The translations under genes and the position numbers were made by a program. Below, in pieces: positions 32,456 to 34,039 of a stretch of DNA of 34,039 bases. The notes under the pieces were generated by a model that was given only the letters and a program-made list of their open reading frames with translations, did no database searches and was not told where the DNA came from. Position 1 is the first letter of the stretch. Each line of letters starts with the position of its first letter. The DNA is taken from positions 1 to 34,039 of the IMG/VR virus record IMGVR_UViG_3300045988_147030; one strand, 5' to 3'. Origin of the DNA: a virus.

Positions 32456-32518
32456 TTAGATAATTTTTAGATAATATCAAAGGATTATTAGATAATTTTT
32501 AGATAAAAATTAGATAAT
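32456..32518. promoter_or_regulatory. Operator-like array: five direct TTAGATAA(T/A) repeats
   Basis: Copies start at 32456, 32467, 32488, 32499 and 32510, giving spacings of 11, 21, 11 and 11 nt. TAnnTTTG boxes lie at 32437-32444 (+) and 32451-32458 (-). Confidence 0.6.
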
Positions 32519-32932
32519 ATGATAAAAGAACGCGTTCAAGAGTACTGCAAGTATAAGAATATGGGCATATCACGCTTTGAGAAACTTGCTGGCCTATCCA
32601 ATGGCTATTTCAACCAAGTCGCTAAGAGACCATCAGATGCAAGCTTGGTCAAAATTAGCAAAGCGCACCCTGATCTCAATCTCGCTTGGCTGCTGACAGG
32701 TAGAGGGAATATGATAGATGATGAAACTTTGTCAACCGACAATTCCATCCACGGCAACGTGACGAAGATAGGCAACCTTAGCGGGGTGACCAACTCTCCG
32801 ACGACCGTGAACAACAACGGCGGCTCCGCGGAGCTTATGAAGGTGATAGAAGAGCTGAAAGAGCAGAACAAGTCACAGCGCGAGCAGATCCAAAGCTTGA
32901 CAGATATAATAAAGAACCTGACGGCAAGGTAG
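32519..32932 (+). CDS. CI-like repressor (XRE-family HTH with a coiled-coil C-terminus; no S24 peptidase domain seen)
   Basis: N-terminal HTH ISRFEKLAGLSNGYFNQV and LAWLLTGRG. It is divergent from the early operon. Confidence 0.75.
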   Translation: MIKERVQEYCKYKNMGISRFEKLAGLSNGYFNQVAKRPSDASLVKISKAHPDLNLAWLLTGRGNMIDDETLSTDNSIHGNVTKIGNLSGVTNSPTTVNNNGGSAELMKVIEELKEQNKSQREQIQSLTDIIKNLTAR

Positions 32933-32968
32933 CCGCCGAGAAACCTCAACACTAAAACAAACAACACT

Positions 32969-33430
32969 ATGCCAGCAAACGAAGAAGAGGGCGAAGGTCC
33001 TACGGGAACAACCAGCGAGAAACAGATAACGGAGATGTTCAGCACATTCTTCGCCCAGTGGGGCGACACTTCAAGGAAATTACAGGAGACCAGCGAGGAC
33101 AGGCTCGACCGGGTGAACGGGATGGCCGCGGCATTGTGCGGTGCGGTGGAGAACACCGCCAAGACGGCCACGGTGCAGGGCGACCTGTGCAGGCTGAGTC
33201 TGGAGGCCATGGCGGAGCGCGTGGTGTCGCTGAAGGCTGACCGCGACCGTTGGCGCGGCCTTCTGGAGGAGTGCCAGCACCTTCTGGAGTCCAGCCAGGA
33301 CGAGGTGCGCCGCCTCACCGCCCTGACGGAGAGTCAGCAGAAGACCATAGAGTCGATGATGCTTGAATTGATCCGCCACCAGGGCAGCAACATAACGACA
33401 ATAGGCAATTTATCTGGAAAAACAATCTAA
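32969..33430 (+). CDS. Hypothetical coiled-coil protein in the lysogeny module
   Basis: 153 aa. Its C-terminal motif NITTIGNLSGKT resembles NVTKIGNLSGVT in the repressor. Confidence 0.55.
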   Translation: MPANEEEGEGPTGTTSEKQITEMFSTFFAQWGDTSRKLQETSEDRLDRVNGMAAALCGAVENTAKTATVQGDLCRLSLEAMAERVVSLKADRDRWRGLLEECQHLLESSQDEVRRLTALTESQQKTIESMMLELIRHQGSNITTIGNLSGKTI

Positions 33431-33438
33431 CAGTACTT

Positions 33439-33855
33439 ATGAAGTTTCTTAGAATATTTTTATTCACGGCCATCGCATTGCTTGCCGTGAATTGTGCAAC
33501 GCCCGGAAGGCTGGTTGAATATCATGTGATAGATTTCCGGCCTTACATCAATGACGGATTCCGTATCTACTCCAGTGAGTGCCCGGTAGTTCACGAGCAG
33601 CTCGGTGATATACAAGTCGTGATAACCCCCGCGGTTGCCAAAGTCGTTGATGACAAAAAGCGGAGAGGAACTTTTGATGATGCTGTATATTCCAAAGGCT
33701 TATCCGGTCAGTTCGAGAACTTGAAAAACAAAGATCTGTTAGATCCGATCGTAAATATAGCTAAGGAAATGGGCGGTAACGGGATTGCGATGCTGAGTGT
33801 AAGTTTCGACGGATTTAAGTGGCACGTCAAAGGGACAGTGGTATTGACGGAATGA
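33439..33855 (+). CDS. Lipoprotein (candidate superinfection-exclusion or lysogenic-conversion factor)
   Basis: Signal peptide with lipobox LLAVNC (Cys19). It is the last gene before attR and lies on the repressor strand. Confidence 0.7.
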   Translation: MKFLRIFLFTAIALLAVNCATPGRLVEYHVIDFRPYINDGFRIYSSECPVVHEQLGDIQVVITPAVAKVVDDKKRRGTFDDAVYSKGLSGQFENLKNKDLLDPIVNIAKEMGGNGIAMLSVSFDGFKWHVKGTVVLTE

Positions 33856-33903
33856 TAGCCGAAGAATGTGAAAGCCCTAAAAAGTTTATTAATGCCCGTC
33901 GAT

Positions 33904-33952
33904 AATTCGGGACTGACGGGGACCAAAATTCGGGACTAAATAAAATTGAACG
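33904..33952 (+). promoter_or_regulatory. Putative integrase arm-type sites (AATTCGGGACT, 2 copies)
   Basis: Copies at 33904-33914 and 33927-33937. The first lies in the loop of the inverted repeat CCCGTC/GACGGG (33895-33900 and 33915-33920). Confidence 0.45.
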
Positions 33953-33992
33953 CATAAACAATTAAAAATCAACAAATTCCAAGTCCTAATTA

Positions 33993-34039
33993 GGCTTCCC
34001 AAGCCGAAGGTCACGAGTTCGAGCCTCGCATTCCGCTCA
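33993..34039 (+). repeat. attR core: displaced 3' fragment of tRNA-Gly(CCC)
   Basis: Identical to 1-47. Phage sequence precedes it, so no complete tRNA can form here. Confidence 0.9.

Larger units (their letters stand above)
1..34039. mobile_element. Integrated temperate siphovirus-like (HK97-type) prophage, complete from attL to attR
   Basis: Identical 47-bp repeats lie at both window ends. An integrase sits just inside the left repeat. Lysogeny, replication, packaging, head, tail and lysis modules are all present. Confidence 0.9.

Overview
The window is one complete integrated temperate prophage of about 34 kb. It is bounded by a perfect 47-bp direct repeat (nt 1-47 and 33993-34039) that reads as the 3' half of a tRNA-Gly(CCC) gene. 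Left to right it contains:
- A tyrosine integrase (+ strand).
- A small accessory operon.
- One long minus-strand transcription unit, which read right to left runs: Cro-like and Xis-like HTH genes, a replication initiator with embedded iterons, a DnaC-like loader, small early genes, an SSB-like gene, RuvC-like, PLD-like and HNH nucleases, TerS and TerL, portal, prohead protease, HK97-type capsid, connectors, major tail protein, chaperones, tape measure, tail and fibre genes, a diversity-generating retroelement (DGR), an EEP-fold enzyme, holin and amidase.
- A plus-strand lysogeny module at the right end: CI-like repressor, a coiled-coil protein and a lipoprotein.

The two strongest findings are:
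1. A textbook DGR (target gene with VR, Avd, TR, RT). Its 119-nt TR/VR core differs at 20 positions, every one a TR adenine.
2. A 623-nt ORF-free island with three tRNA-like acceptor/T-arm modules that lack anticodon arms.

Other observations:
- Three apparent 1-nt frame disruptions, including one in the DGR target gene.
- Several phased tandem repeats that look like operators, origin iterons or integrase arm sites.
- A 10-nt repeat inside the 5' end of a membrane-protein gene.
- An operon next to the integrase with an acr-aca or toxin-antitoxin-like layout.

All functional calls come from motifs and synteny read by eye; no database search was possible. TAnnTTTG-type promoter boxes, the integrase type and the lipobox suggest a Bacteroidota host, but that is inference. 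The ORF track translates non-ATG starts (TTG, GTG) as M, so several starts were moved to the first ATG.
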